Source of the DNA: Mytilus trossulus
Taxonomy: Eukaryota
Assembly (NCBI RefSeq): GCF_036588685.1
Contig: NC_086380.1
Coordinates: 10,277,347 to 10,341,346 of the forward strand
Length of the DNA stretch: 64,000 bases
Reading direction: 5' to 3'
Positions 24,717 through 38,214 of the stretch are shown here, one piece after another; position 1 is the stretch's first letter, and every line of letters begins with the position of its first letter. The position numbers and the translations under genes were made by a program. The notes under the pieces are model-generated. The model had not been told where the DNA came from. It saw only the letters and a program-made list of their open reading frames with translations, and ran no database searches.

Positions 24717-26019
24717 TTAGCAATATACTTTAACTTTACGTTCCGCTATTTGAACTCATGAACTTTTCATGTCTATGTAGCAACATTCCAACAGCACCTG
24801 CATACAGAGTATATATCTACAAACTGATACAATATGCTTGTAATTCCTATCATTTTTATTTGTCTGTTTGTGTTTTTCTTTTTTAGCCATGGCGTTGTCA
24901 GTTTAATTTTTTGGATCTATGAGTTTATTCGCCACTCTTTCGCGATGTTAGTGTATTTGTTCTATAAGTGTAATCCATATCCATAAAACCTGTTGAACTT
25001 TTATATCTTAATGAAATAGTAAAACGACATTTGGCTTGAATCTCGCATAACCCAATACACTTGAAATCAATGATACTACAAAGGATATTAGGTAAGCTTT
25101 TTATTTTTGTTATTTAGACATTTTCCTTAATAAAGATACACACTAATTGACAGCAATAAAATTGAGAATGGAAATGGGGAATGTGTCAAAGAGACATATC
25201 AATCCCATATTGACTACGTCGTATTCTTGGGCAGTAGTATACTATCTTCATCTGCATAGATGTTTAAGTTTCTCAATATACTGAATTTGAAGTCCTCGAT
25301 GCCCTTCAATTTCATATTTTATGGTCTATAAAAAGTTATTTCGAACCTCAACGATGAATCTTTTGTAGCATGCACTTTCACTACCTTTTGTTTATAAGAT
25401 TTGTCAGCGATGGTTCTCGTTATAACAATTTCTTATTTTTTTAGCAAACGTATTCCACATGATAAAATGTCTCCCGACACTCATACATTGTCATATGAGT
25501 TTAATGTATGCGGAAATTATCATGTCCTAAGTTCCCTCGCCCTTTATGGTCAAATTAGTATTTTTTTCACCTCTTATCAAGAGTTTAAAGTTTCGTTTTA
25601 AATTCCCTTTTAAATTTTATGAACGCCATTACGAGTTGTCAGACTGTTTTGCATATCTGTTTCACGAATAACGACATATTTATTATAGGTATAATAGTCA
25701 TAAATGTCACCTTCTTTGTGCTTTTATTACCAATGATATGACCATGGGTTCCACATGTGGAGCAGGACCTGCTTACCCTTTGGCACACCTGGAATTACCT
25801 CCATCTTTTAATCGCTAAGTGTTTATTTGTGTATGATTTGTGTACTGTTATCCGTCTTTTCGTATTTTAATTTTGTATATTGTTAGTAGAATAACGAGAT
25901 TTGAACAATGGTAAGCTACATTTGTCCCTAAATTAATGGTATTTATAAGTGGATGCCTCCTTCGTTAGATTTTCAATGTTCTGTGTTTGACAATGATGTG
26001 TTTGTACAAAGGTGCATGA

Positions 26020-26215
26020 CGGATGTGGAGCAGAATCTGCTTATTCTTTCGGAGATCATCCCAAGTTTTTGTTGCTGTTCGTGTTGCTTAGTCTTTAGTT
26101 TTCTATGGTGTGTCGTCTGTACTACTATTTGTCTGTTTGTCTGTTTGTCCTTTTATTTTTAGCCATGGCGTTGTCATTATATCTATGATTTTGACTGTCC
26201 CTCTTTTGAATATAA
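26020..26215 (-). repeat. Family C copy (reverse orientation)
   Basis: It reads gtggagcagaatctgcttattctttcggagatc...tttttagccatggcgttgtcattatatctatgattttgactgtccctct. Partial reverse copies also lie at 24870-24960, 25745-25830, 31915-31990, 52385-52450 and 61600-61680. Partial forward copies lie at 16255-16400, 32950-33050 and 62090-62310. Confidence 0.5.
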
Positions 26216-26904
26216 TTCATTACTAACATAAAAATAAAGTGTTTCCAAGAAGGAATGTCATAAAATCCGACAAAATCAAACCTCAATAACCAAAGGTTAA
26301 GTGGGGAACAACTGTCATATTACCTACCAAAGTTTATTTCATATCAATTGAATAAAAGTAAGCTCATTTTTGTTTAAACAGAGAACAGTACACAACGACG
26401 GAAAAAAATATAAATTTAAAAAACATCATTGTCAAACCAAAATGGACAAGATGCAAAATTACAAAGAAAACTTAAGAAAGAATAAATGCAAAACCAAACA
26501 ATACTCAGAATCTAGGGAGCGGTAAACAGTTCTCTCATATAATGACAACATCGTCTCATAAAAAAATCGAGTGCCGATTTGCGAAATAGCAGGTTCTGTG
26601 GGTTTTTTTTCTGTTTTCTAAAAATTAGCGTTTAACTTTTGTTTTCTTTGCTTTAATTCTTTTAAGTTCCTTTAGATATCCCTGCAATGAGATCTTGTTT
26701 GATTGTTATCAAATCAGTAAATTAACGCATGTATTCTATTCCATTAATTTGTGCATATATTAAATAGTCCGTGTCTTTTGTTTTTGTTCAGTGATGGATA
26801 AAATACGCAATGTGCCGAATATACCTCTATTGTTAAAAAAATAAATTTTAATTTGAAGCGCAGTATTTTTCTTTGAGAGTTAAAAGTATTACCAAATATG
26901 ATGT

Positions 26905-27270
26905 ACTAGATATAGGAAGATGTGGTGTGAGTGCCAATGAGACAACTCTCCATCCAAATAACAATTTAAAAATTAAACCATTATAGGTTAAAGTACGGCC
27001 TTCAACACGGAGCCTTGGCTGACACCGAACAACAAGATAGTCATTCTTTCAAATGTTGTAATCATGATAGTATTTGTATATAGCCTTGTACATTTAAGTT
27101 CTTATTTCAACTTTTTGAAAGAGAAAAATTTAAAACGGTGGTTTTGTTTCATCGACAGTTTTCAACCCTTTTTAGGCAATATTAACTAAAAAAAGAAGAG
27201 TTTGCTGTCGACAGTGCAAAATATGCGTATGGACAGTTGTCTCATTGGAATTCATACCACATCTTCTTTT
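26905..27270. mobile_element. MITE-like element, family D (~365 bp) with ~40-bp terminal inverted repeats
   Basis: The left end atataggaagatgtggtgtgagtgccaatgagacaactctcc (26908-26950) is the inverted complement of the right end ggacagttgtctcattggaattcataccacatcttc (27232-27267). Confidence 0.55.
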
Positions 27271-28667
27271 TTATATTATGTTCTCACTAAAAAGTATCTT
27301 TATGTGGTTGGTTTTTTTTTTGTCATTCTTCTTCTTACAATATATATAATAAAATACACAACATACATTTTATTCAACAAATAATATTAAACTATAATAA
27401 CGTTTTTAATCATTGTTAAAGTTCACAACCATTATCATGATACATACATACACTTCATCAGAAACATGCTGTGTCCATTTCACTGGTAAATACAATGTTA
27501 TACAATTCGTATTTCATGTTTTTGAAACAAATCATTCGTTGTATAGTTTACAGTAGTTTTATCTTTCGATAAAATAGACACCCTAGATTTGTGCTTGCTG
27601 TCATTTTGTCTTTAACCTCGACAACACTCAATAATGATAATTGTTTAACACAAAGAGTTGAAACTGTCAATCATCGACACAATATAGTTGGTTTTTTTCT
27701 GAGCGTATTGTGCTTTTAAATCCACAAATATTAAAGATACAAATAAACTCATGTTAGACCAAAATCCTTTACATACGCATTGCAACATGGGTTTGTAATT
27801 ACAACTATTGTTTTCAATAAGACTGTTTCAGTTCTTGAAATTAAAAAAAAAACGATTTAATAATTATATTTTTTTAATCATTAAAACAACTTATTAAAAT
27901 AACGGTTTATTATTTTTTCCATTTGCAATGTGTGTTTATCCATGTGGAAAATGAAATGAAAACGTGTTTAAATAATTCCTGACTAAGTAGGAAAAAATGG
28001 TCATTTAGGCCTTGTGTAAAAAATGTTCAGTAACAAATAATAAGCTAATGGAGTGAATGAATTGACCAAAGAGCAACTGGTCAATTAATTATTTTTTTAG
28101 AAAACAATATTTTTCTATGAAAGGAAATTATCTGTGTCAACGATATTTCGTTCAAATTTGAGTGTATTGTATGGATAATGCCAAATGACTGTTTTTTGTT
28201 GATAATTGGTTTTTTTTTCCTTTGTTGGATTGTTAAATACGTATTTACTGTAAATACCTAACAGGAAACGGCTTTATTCATTTCGAATTAAGTCTAGAAT
28301 AACTGTCTATAGTAAGGATAAAAATATTCTGCTAACACTAACGCATATGAAATTGGTCTTCAAACATTCGATTATTTCAAGATTTATTATGGGCTTGTAA
28401 TTGCAAGATACATAGAATACAGTTTTAAACGTTACTATCATCAACATAGAATTATTTAAACTTTGAAAGTAGCCGCAGATCTGAAAAAAGTCGTCTGAAT
28501 TATTATTTTCAAAACATTGATAGGGTTAAAATTAGATGTAAGTAGCTACTTAACGTTATGTCATTGAATTATTTCATACACACTCTGAGAATGTTTTTTT
28601 TTTTATACCCTAAATTGATTTACTTTTCCCCTGGACTTAGTCTTTCTCATAGAAGAAAATGATATTA

Positions 28668-28894
28668 CTATACATATTCCTTAAATTGGAACTCATTCCA
28701 TTTCATTTCCTTAAAGCACCAAAGAACTGGACAGAAAATTGACAGTGATACAGACATGATTGCCAGCATATAACTCCATCCCATGGAACAGTTAGCTGAA
28801 TAAAACACCGATGCAGAATCTCCACAATAATACCGGAAGTAGTGCGAGCTGAGTCCAACCGGAAATGTAACTAATGCCGAGATCATCAACAAAA
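28668..28894 (-). CDS. Four-transmembrane membrane protein, coding exon 2 (to stop)
   Basis: The acceptor 'tttcag' (plus 28895-28900 'ctgaaa') is followed in phase 1 by VLLMISALVTFPVGLSSHYFRYYCGDSASVFYSANCSMGWSYMLAIMSVSLSIFCPVLWCFKEMKWNEFQFKEYV*. This encodes TM3 and TM4. The combined CDS is 594 nt (197 aa). Confidence 0.55.
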
Positions 28895-29575
28895 CTGAAA
28901 ATATATATAGAACATTGTAGTAACTTTATGGGAAATGTAAAGTCAAACATATTTTGTTATCCAAATTACGATCGCTATTTATCCGACTTATTGTTTACAC
29001 ACTGGTCAATAGGAGAAAACATATTCTCAAGTATAGTTTTCTGTTTTGTGGGCTTTTTCGTTGATCTTTCAACCCCAAAGCCAAATATTTTACCAACAAA
29101 ATGAAGTCTAGCAACAAGTATAAAGGTAAAACAGAGAATCTACAAAAGAAAATTCTACATGTCTATCGACAGAGCTGAAATTCTGCCTCAAGTATATTTT
29201 TGATAGATTTTTATCTTAAGTCTTTCAGCAGTCATCTTCTTTTTTATATATTCGAATATTTGTTTGCCAACTCATCTTACATTTTGTAAAGATGGTAAGC
29301 CTAAATTCAACAATGTATAAGACTACGTTACCCTTGCAGTGATGATTATTTTATGGTGTTTATTGCATAAATGTTGACAGAAACTCCGATCTTTTTGGTT
29401 GACCGCAAATTCACTTATAAAAATGATTAAAGAATAACATTGTATGTTAATACATTAAAAAGCAAAGGTACCATTAGGGCATAGCACTTGTTTATATAAA
29501 CCAATTTTTCATTTATAGTGATATTCATCATGCCGCTTTGTTTGTTAAACCTGCAAATCATATTACAGGACTTAC

Positions 29576-29942
29576 CTGCCGATGTTTGTAGATATAACAC
29601 AAGTGAACTAATGCTGTAGACGTATCTCTCTCTGATACAATTTATCAATATTCCCAATATCACAGTGACTCCAAAAGAAAATGCTCCTGTAGAAATTAAC
29701 AGAAACGAAGCTTGCCACGCTCCAGATGGTATGTTTGCTAGACCAAATGTTCCGCCGTATGTTTGGCACCGACTTTGAATTTGTTGATCCTCGGTTGATA
29801 ATCCCTCACAGAATACTGTCAATCCAAATGAATGTATATGGTTATTGTGTATATACCATGCAGGGTTAAATATACAAAATATTGTTAAAATTGTTATAGC
29901 AATTGTCAACAATATCCATATGGAATACACAAGTTTGTTCAT
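29576..29942 (-). CDS. Four-transmembrane membrane protein (PMP22/EMP/claudin-superfamily-like), coding exon 1
   Basis: Minus-strand ORF MNKLVYSIWILLTIAITILTIFCIF...NPAW..FGLTVFCEG...C...AWQASFLLISTGAFSFGVTVILGILINCIRERYVYSISSLVLYLQTSAG. It ends at a strong donor GGCAG|GTAAGT (plus 29571-29580 'cttacctgcc'). It contains two hydrophobic TM segments with a Cys-containing first loop (G-L-x3-C-x12-C). Confidence 0.6.
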
Positions 29943-30949
29943 TTTATATAGATCGCATGTTTATTATATCTTCACCATTTATATTGTGCTAAATTAATTA
30001 CTTATTGTTAAAAAATAAACATAGCAATTGTTTTCCTCATGGCGATGTTGAGCCATCATTTTTCCAAGTTTGAATGAAAATAATGATTTATCAACTGAGA
30101 TATATAAGAAATTACGCGTTTAAATTCTCGACAATATTCTCGGAACGAAATCTAATAATTAAATAAAACTTTCACATTTTCCCAGATTGTAAGTTTAAAT
30201 AAATGTGATTAACGTAACATTTCACGTGGGTGATATCGGATATATAGTTGTCTTTAATTCCATTTCCCGACAACGTGTTGTCCATACTAAGCCATTCCAA
30301 CAAGTGAATTCTCCTACTGTTGCTTTTCTATTAAAGTCAGACCCAGGAATCAATATGACCGGATTAGTGAATAAACATTATAATTCTATCGGATAACACG
30401 GTTACTGTCAATCAAACCGTATAACGTCTGATCTATTGAGTCGCTTAGGAATATTGTATTGCATTGGAAAGGTTTTTAGATGTTTACGATTGCTGCAATT
30501 TAAGAGAAGTTGGTAGAAAGATAAAGGGAATCTACTAATGGAATTGACTTGAACTGACTATAAAAGGGAACATGAAACACTTGGCTTTTATATGTCTTTT
30601 ACAAAATATAAATAGCAACTCATTTGGGACAAGTTTAACTGCTCTGTAGTTTTTCAAATTATTGCTGTTATTGTGTTTACATTTGAAGTTATTTGTACTG
30701 TATTGTCAAATGTACTTTTAACAAAACATGTATCCGTAATTCAAACAGATACACCATCCCAATACATGGTTCTTATTACAATTAGATGCATCCACCAAAG
30801 AACATAATTTCAAAAGAACAACCGACGTATAAACTTCAATTATTAAAACTAAGGTTTGATTTATTGATGTTTGCTAAATGCTGTATCAGCGCCTTAAGGC
30901 TATACCGCGGCGATATAAATAGGTTTAACAAAAGATGATCATGTTTGGT

Positions 30950-31700
30950 ATATGGAAACAGATGTAACTGGTTGTAAATGGTAGGGTGTACGGTACACGA
31001 TTAAATGATATACTGTGGAAGTCATTTTATTCGTGGGGTACCAATTTTCGTGGTTTTCGTGGATGACTTTATCCACGAATTTAAGTGTCCAACGAAATAA
31101 AACAACCATTGTCCAAATCAAGACATGGAAAAATCCACATCGGAAGGTTTGACTATTGATATGATCTAGAGAATATATTGAGTAACGCAAAATCTGAGAA
31201 TACTTTAATGGCAGTCACAAAACTCTAACCACATTCAGGATTATACCCATTTAGTTATTAATAAGCTTTTGTTTCTAAAGGCTTTAATTTTTCATTTTTA
31301 TCTTTTTTTTTTAAAACTAAAATCCACGAATTTAAAAACCCACGAACATGTAAAAATTGCTCAAACCACTAAAATTGATACCCACGAATTAAAGTACTTT
31401 CACAGTATGCTACACTGTTTAATGATGTGTAGTACACGGTGTAATAATGTATGGTTTATGGTGTAAAAGTGTGTTGTACACGCTGTATTGAAGTAAAACG
31501 AAACAATGTTTGATTTTGTCGGCGTGAAAGTATGGTTCACAGTGTAAAAATGTGGTTCGTGTTTAAAAGATGCATTGAACCAGGTTTAGTAATGTATGGT
31601 ACACGGTGTAATGACTTGTGGTACACAACGTAATAAAGTGTTGTACGTACGGTCCACATACACCTACGGTATGGAATATATTCACTACGTTTTTTCGTAT
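30950..31700. repeat. Degenerate minisatellite-like region (repeated ~25-nt 'TGTRTGGTWCACRGTGTAAWA' and 'CCACGAA' motifs)
   Basis: Visible repeats include tatggtttatggtgtaaaagtgtgttgtacacgctgta, tatggttcacagtgtaaaaatgtggttcgtg and tatggtacacggtgtaatgacttgtggtacacaacgtaataaagtgttgtacg, plus cgtggggtaccaattttcgtggttttcgtggatg. Confidence 0.5.
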
Positions 31701-33789
31701 ACACATTTTAGAAAAGACTGTCCTTATGAAAATTGAAACATAAGCTCCACCCGATCACTTAAACACACATTGGTTAAACTTGAATTTACAAAACATCAAA
31801 GTTGCGCTGGTATTTGAAAATAGTCGAATCAGGATTTTTTTATAGCTTGCATACGAATATTAATTCGTAATAATGCATTATGAATAAACTAATTTAGTAT
31901 ACTAGTATTACTTTTAAGTTGTTTGCAATAGCGTTGTCAGTTTATTTTCGATTTATGAGTTTGATTGTCCCTCTTGTATCTGTCGTCCCTCTTGTATATG
32001 TATGATACATTTATAGCGTAATCATACATAGTACACGGTGTAAATATGTATGGTTCACAGAATAATAATATTTGTTTCACTTTTAAATTTAAATAATTCA
32101 GGATTGTCGATGGTAGCCCTCATTCATAAAGCAGAATCAAAATAACGTTGAATTGTATAAGGCCGTTAAATGATATTTGTTATGCTTGTTTCACCTTTAA
32201 ACATTTCAAGACATCTTTTATTGACGAATACTCCATATCTTCTGTTATTTTAAGTTCAACATCTTCCGGAATATGGAGCTTCATCTTTATACAAAAGAAT
32301 CAAATGTTAGTCTGATTCCGATATCTGTCATACGATAGTCAATTATCTGTACTTTTTATACGTGGAAAGAATCCTTATATATAACAAAGCCTTTTATTTA
32401 CCTCATTAATGCAGCATCATTCTAATGTATTTCTTCTCAACAATTTCTCCACTGATTTATTGGATTATTTGTGATAAGAAAGCTTTCCATATACATAGCG
32501 TGAAACATCGAGACATATCCGCTCCTTCCACCTGATTTGTTTGACATTTGAATAATAACGTTTACATACATCTGAAGTGGAAATATACAATGCTGTCATT
32601 ACTGTAAATGTGATAAATTAGATCAGAAAGAACGTGCCTGGTAATTAAGTAACATCAGATTATAATTGAAACCCAATATATTCTACATAAAAATCGTATT
32701 TCATATATTGATAGAATACATAAAATATAGTTATATACTAAACATCAAAGTTGCGCTAGTATTTGAAAAAAATCGAATCGGGATTCTTGCATACGAATAT
32801 AAAATCCTAATAATACTTCACGACGAAATTGATAAAGTATTTTACTTTTTTATAGTTTATGTACCAGCGTTTAAATCTCATAAATCCATTGAAGATGATT
32901 AAAAAATACAAATCAAAGTAAACCAAAAACATTGAATGAACTTGAATCTGGTTATCCCAGGATGCACGATAAAAGAGGGACGAAGAATACCAGAGGGACA
33001 TTCAAACTCATAGATCGAAAATAAACTGACAACGCCATGGCTAAAAATGAAATATCGTCAATAGGCGTATCTTGCTATTCATGCACAATACAACATTTTC
33101 ATTTCAACTTAGTCAAAATGGCAAAATATGGATAAGGGCACATTATTTCTAAATATAAGATTAAAAAAATATTGCACTATAGAGCTAATCGTAAGACAAG
33201 TCATTTTAATATGCTGATCTATATAATCAATAAGGTATTAAAACCACGTCGATAAAGCCTTCAGCTTAATAAATGAACAATAAATGCATGCTCTTTGTTC
33301 ATTTGAAATAATGACCAAATATGAGCGGAATCTTCTTTCAAGGCTTGTCAGTTTTTTTTACTTGAGTTAGAATGTCTCTTTGGTATCTTTCGTCTCTATT
33401 TCACTTAAACTAAAATAGATATATACATTATTATATTGCAAAAGTGTCCAAAGTATTTGATCTGCCACGTCCGTCATTTCTTATTTATTTACATCAATTT
33501 TATTACCAATCAATTTTGGGATTCAGAGTTATTGTTGAACGTCTTCCTCTAAGGTGAAGTCGTCCATCTGTGTCAATATCGATGAGGAGACGAAAGTATG
33601 AAGCAGCCCTTTAGTAGTATCATTAATGTAAAGTTCAAAGGGATATATGAAATGAAAGTACTAGTTGAAATATGGCGTATTCAATGATAGGACATCGTCA
33701 ATACATCTGAAAGTAATTTCGCAAGGTGCATTTTCTCTCTGTGTTTTAGAAGGTTTTGAATGAACTCTTATTCATACGAGTTCAATAAA

Positions 33790-34015
33790 CAATCGGAGAG
33801 TAAAAAGTAAAATCACAAAAATACTGAACTCAGAGGAAAATCAATTTGGAAAGTCCATAATCACATGGCAAAATCAAAAAACAAAACGCATCAAAAACGA
33901 ATGGACAAGAACTGTCATATTCCTGACTTGGTACAGGCATTTTCAAATGTAGAAAATGGTGGATTAAACCTGGTTCTATAGCGCTAACCCTCTCACTTTA
34001 ATAACAGTCTCATCA
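33790..34015 (+). repeat. Family B2 copy
   Basis: It is homologous to 5790-6015. Confidence 0.5.
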
Positions 34016-34674
34016 AATTCCGTTACATTTACATGATGCGTTAAATAAACAGTCACAATCAATAAAATAGTCAAAATTTGGGAACATCAGTCATCATCGT
34101 ATAACAATTTAACAGGACACAACAACATCTACTATCTACGAACACATGGATTGATTTGAGTGTCTGACGTCAGAAAAATTATATACGTCACATAAATTTG
34201 TCGTTCAATGTGCATACAATAGTTATCCAAAGTACCTGGATTATAAACAATTTTAAATTTTACATAGGCAATGAGCGCAGACAGGGTTAAAAAATCAAAA
34301 GTATGTAAGTAAATGTGCACACAATAAGTACCGATTGGAATACCGATTGTCTGTCAAAAAATCAATCCTAGTAACTCAACAAATTTAGAATCAGAAATAC
34401 TCTTATCACCCAAAAATTGAAAAATCCCATTTTGACGGAAAGGCTTTCTTATAATGAGACGATATAGTCGATTGAGCATGAAAAATCGTAGTGTAAAGCA
34501 TGAAAAATCAAAGGTCTTATTCTTGCTGCAAAATTGCAAAGATCGAGACCTAAGATTTAACAGGAGATCTTTAGAATTTGTTAGAATTTACATCTGATTA
34601 ACACCACTAGTATATCTCATCACAATATTTTCGAGAGCCATATTATATTTAGAAAGAATAGTGGTCAGCACTTA

Positions 34675-34910
34675 AGAAAAATAGGGGAAAAATATACCAG
34701 AGGGACAGTCAAACTTAAAGATCGAAAACTATCAGACTTCGACACGTTTAAAAAATAAAAAGACAAACAGACAATTATTAGTTAACAGTACACAACATAG
34801 AAAACTAAAGTCTAAGCAATCCGATCTCAGGTGCTCCGGAAGGGTAAGCAGATCCTGCTCCGCATGTGGCACCCGTCGTGTTGCTCGTGTTATTACAATT
34901 CCGGTTAATT
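34675..34910 (+). repeat. Family C short interspersed repeat (~240 bp, SINE-like; same sequence as the RT element tail at 38215-38465)
   Basis: The 5' region taccagagggacagtcaaact.a.agatcgaaaa...aaactgacaacgccatggctaaaaat is shared by family copies. The 3' core ggtgctccggaagggtaagcagatcctgctccgcatgtggcacccgtcgtgttgct is present in this copy. Confidence 0.55.
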
Positions 34911-36134
34911 GTCTAAAAGAAAGATATTTAGTCGATCATGTTGATGATCCAGAAATGCTATCCAGTATAATGATGATAAATTTTCTTCGTTTTGTTTTAT
35001 GTTGATGCAAAAAGAAAGGAAGACAGATTTTGTATCATATAATTTGTCTTGCCCTTTATCAAATGTAACATGTATGATTCGAAATATAACACTTGAACAG
35101 TTTAAATATCATTTTACAAGGTTATTTCCGATATTTACCTTTCTGGAGTAATGCTCATTTTTAGATTTTAGAATGCGTCACTTGTTTATAAGCAGTTAAA
35201 TAAAAATAACACTGTATATTTCGTACGTCTAAAGTTTTTGTCTGGATTACCATTCTTTGGAACAGTTGGAGGTCAGGTAGGTATATTATCTTAAACAAAT
35301 TACGAGTATTTATGACCAAACTGAACTAACAATTAGCCAAAGTCGTCTAAAGGCAACACTACCTTAGGGAGCTAAAAACCTTCTTAGACATGTGTAAATT
35401 AGAATTTCAAATACTAGGTATGTTTTACATTTCTGTGGACTCATTAAACTTCTAACGTAAGTCTTCGGTCCATTGTTATCGAACATTGTTATCCTGGTAT
35501 CTACGAGTTTATTTATACCTTTGCAACCAATACTCTTTTCGTTGTGCTGAAACTGTTTTGACATTTCAACTCATTTGATATAATTTTACATTTTCCCAGT
35601 AAAATGTATATGAATGGTTTTGTTAACTGCATTTTCTTATTACAATGACAGAAAATTAAAAAGCAAAAATAAATGCATAAGTTAATAAATGCTCAATCTT
35701 ATTTTCTGCTATAACTTGATCTAATAAGAAAACAGTGTCCATAAGAATTTGCTTGAAATAAAAAAAAACATCCATAATCAAACATCGTAGATTTAAGATT
35801 CATCAAAAAAAAGAACGGAACATTTTGCTGATTAATCGGCTATTTCTTATATCCTTGGGAACAGCGTACAAAATGTCAAAAAGAAAAATTCAGACAGCAA
35901 ATAAATGTTGTCATCATATTTAGTTTTAAGCTAAAAGTATTGCTAAATATGACAACTCTCACTGTCAAATGCAATTTAATTAATTTCTATATGTAAAGAG
36001 AAAGTGTTTTCGATTCCCTGTAGCTTTGTGAAACAATCAGCGGTACTTTGATATGTCTACATAGATTAACATCTGAACGGCGTTAAATATTGTTTTCAAC
36101 AAATGTTTTTTAATGACATCTCACTTCATTATAC

Positions 36135-36245
36135 AACGAAATCCATAATAAAATTGAGAATGGAAATGGGGAATATGTCAAAGAGACAACAACCCGACAA
36201 AAGAAAAAAAAACAGCAGAAGGTCACCAACAATAAGACATCATGT
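36135..36245 (-). repeat. Extremely 5'-truncated copy (last ~105 nt) of the retroelement 3' tail
   Basis: ataaaattgagaatggaaatggggaatatgtcaaagagacaacaacccgacaaaag...cagcagaaggtcaccaaca matches 41456-41540 and then diverges. A shorter copy lies at 25145-25200. Confidence 0.55.
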
Positions 36246-38214
36246 GTACGTTTTTTTTTCAAATACAAAATTGAATTGAAAGCTTCAATTTTTATCTCAC
36301 AAATATTTATCGCGTTATGTGACCAGCCCATTTAAATAAGGATTCCAACAAAACCAATGTACACGTCTTATAGCTTAATATATTCTGTTTTTGATAAAAT
36401 ATGGCTCAGAAGGAAGATTTCAGAAAAGAAAATTTGACAAGTTGATGATTTGTACTTTCAAGTTATCTATTTCTCATTAGAAAACATACATGATGAACTA
36501 TCGTTTAGTTTACAAATATTTCAATGAATAAAATATACTCATGCATGTACAAACTATATTGACTTTTCAAGAAATGTGTGCGTCTGACATAAATTATGCC
36601 GCAACAGGGTTAAACAGCTTTTTAAACGAAAATTACAAAATCTAGCAGAAATACGTCTTGGTAAGTGTACAGTGGCGTGGTTTTTTTTTCATTTTGTGGT
36701 ACAAACAATGAAATTACACAGAATGCATTAGATTTTAAAAAGGGGAATTACAAGGCATCATTGCAGCTACACTTTTACAGGTATAATCATAGAAACACAC
36801 TTAAGAGTGTGATCGTTTGTAATTTTTTTTACATCAATTGAATAAACTCTAATTACAATATTGTTGAAATTGCTATCTTATTCAAAAGAGACGATATTGA
36901 CGAGGTGTATGACCGCCCAAGGACGACATGAAAAATATGCTTCTTTTAGGTCCTTTTATGAAAAAAAATACTTGATCAATTATATTCTATTTTGAAGCTA
37001 ACAAGAACTCATATGATTGAATCGAATTATGCTTGGAGTTTCTTCTTTGTCTGGTGATACAAAAACAAATTTACACTTAACAATCAGTTGAAATTCTTTC
37101 ATCAGCAATTAAGAAACAAACTGATTTAAAATTTTATGATTAAATTATACAGTATGTCTACAGTTTCCTAAAATCATTGAATTACCGATAAAATCAGATG
37201 AAAAAACAATTTGCTTTTCTGCCTAATAAAAAATGACGGTTATAAAGCTAAAATGAAATAATTGATTTTTAAATCAAATATTGTTAACATACTAATTGTG
37301 AACTTGTATTGATCAAGTGCTTTCTGATTTTACAAGTATATTCATTTTTCTTTTTTTAGTAAAAAAATACCTTGCTCAGTATGACACAAATGCTTTCCAA
37401 CACGATTGATCAATTGTAGCATAAAAGTAGTCAAATGGATGTCTGATTTGAAGCTATTTCTATTCGGTTGATCAACTTAAAGGAATATTTTGAATGGGCG
37501 TGCATTCTTTATCTTTATTTGATTACTATTTATGAGATTTTCACCCATATTCTACAAAATATTATGAACTGTCTGTTATACTTTGCTTCATTAGTTTTTC
37601 GGTGTATGAATGGCATTCTCCGTACACTCATGTGGAAACTCGCCTCGCTATTGTGTGATTTAAAGTAATACATTATATCGGATGAAAGAGATTAGTAATT
37701 AACTTCTATTCCGTTTGGATTATAACTGATGTTGTCGATGAGATAGAGGCAATTTAAACAGCCAACATATTCGTCAGTAACCTATTGTATCAACAGAGTT
37801 TGAAAAGAATTCGCAAGAAAAACATCCGTGGCAAATATTCACTGATTAGTTTTGTTTAAAATAGAATGTATGCTGCAATTACTTATTAAACGGCCAAAAG
37901 GCAAGGCAAAGCTCAACAGTGTTGTATGAAAGAGGTGCGCGTCAGAAGCGCTGTTGTTTTTTTTGCCGGTATCTTTCTAAAATCATACCACCTCCTTTGT
38001 TCTATCAGAAGTAATATGTGCAAAACCGGATCTCCCTAGCTTGAGTTGTTTTTATTCTAAATTCTTTGTTCTGTTCTGTAACGGTTTTGCGGGTATGTAA
38101 AATTCATAATAAAAACTAAGAAATATTTATACGGAAATAACTAACTATCAAAAATTATTTTGAAAACAAATCAGTGCATTTGCTTGGAATAGAACATGTT
38201 ATATAGTAATATAT

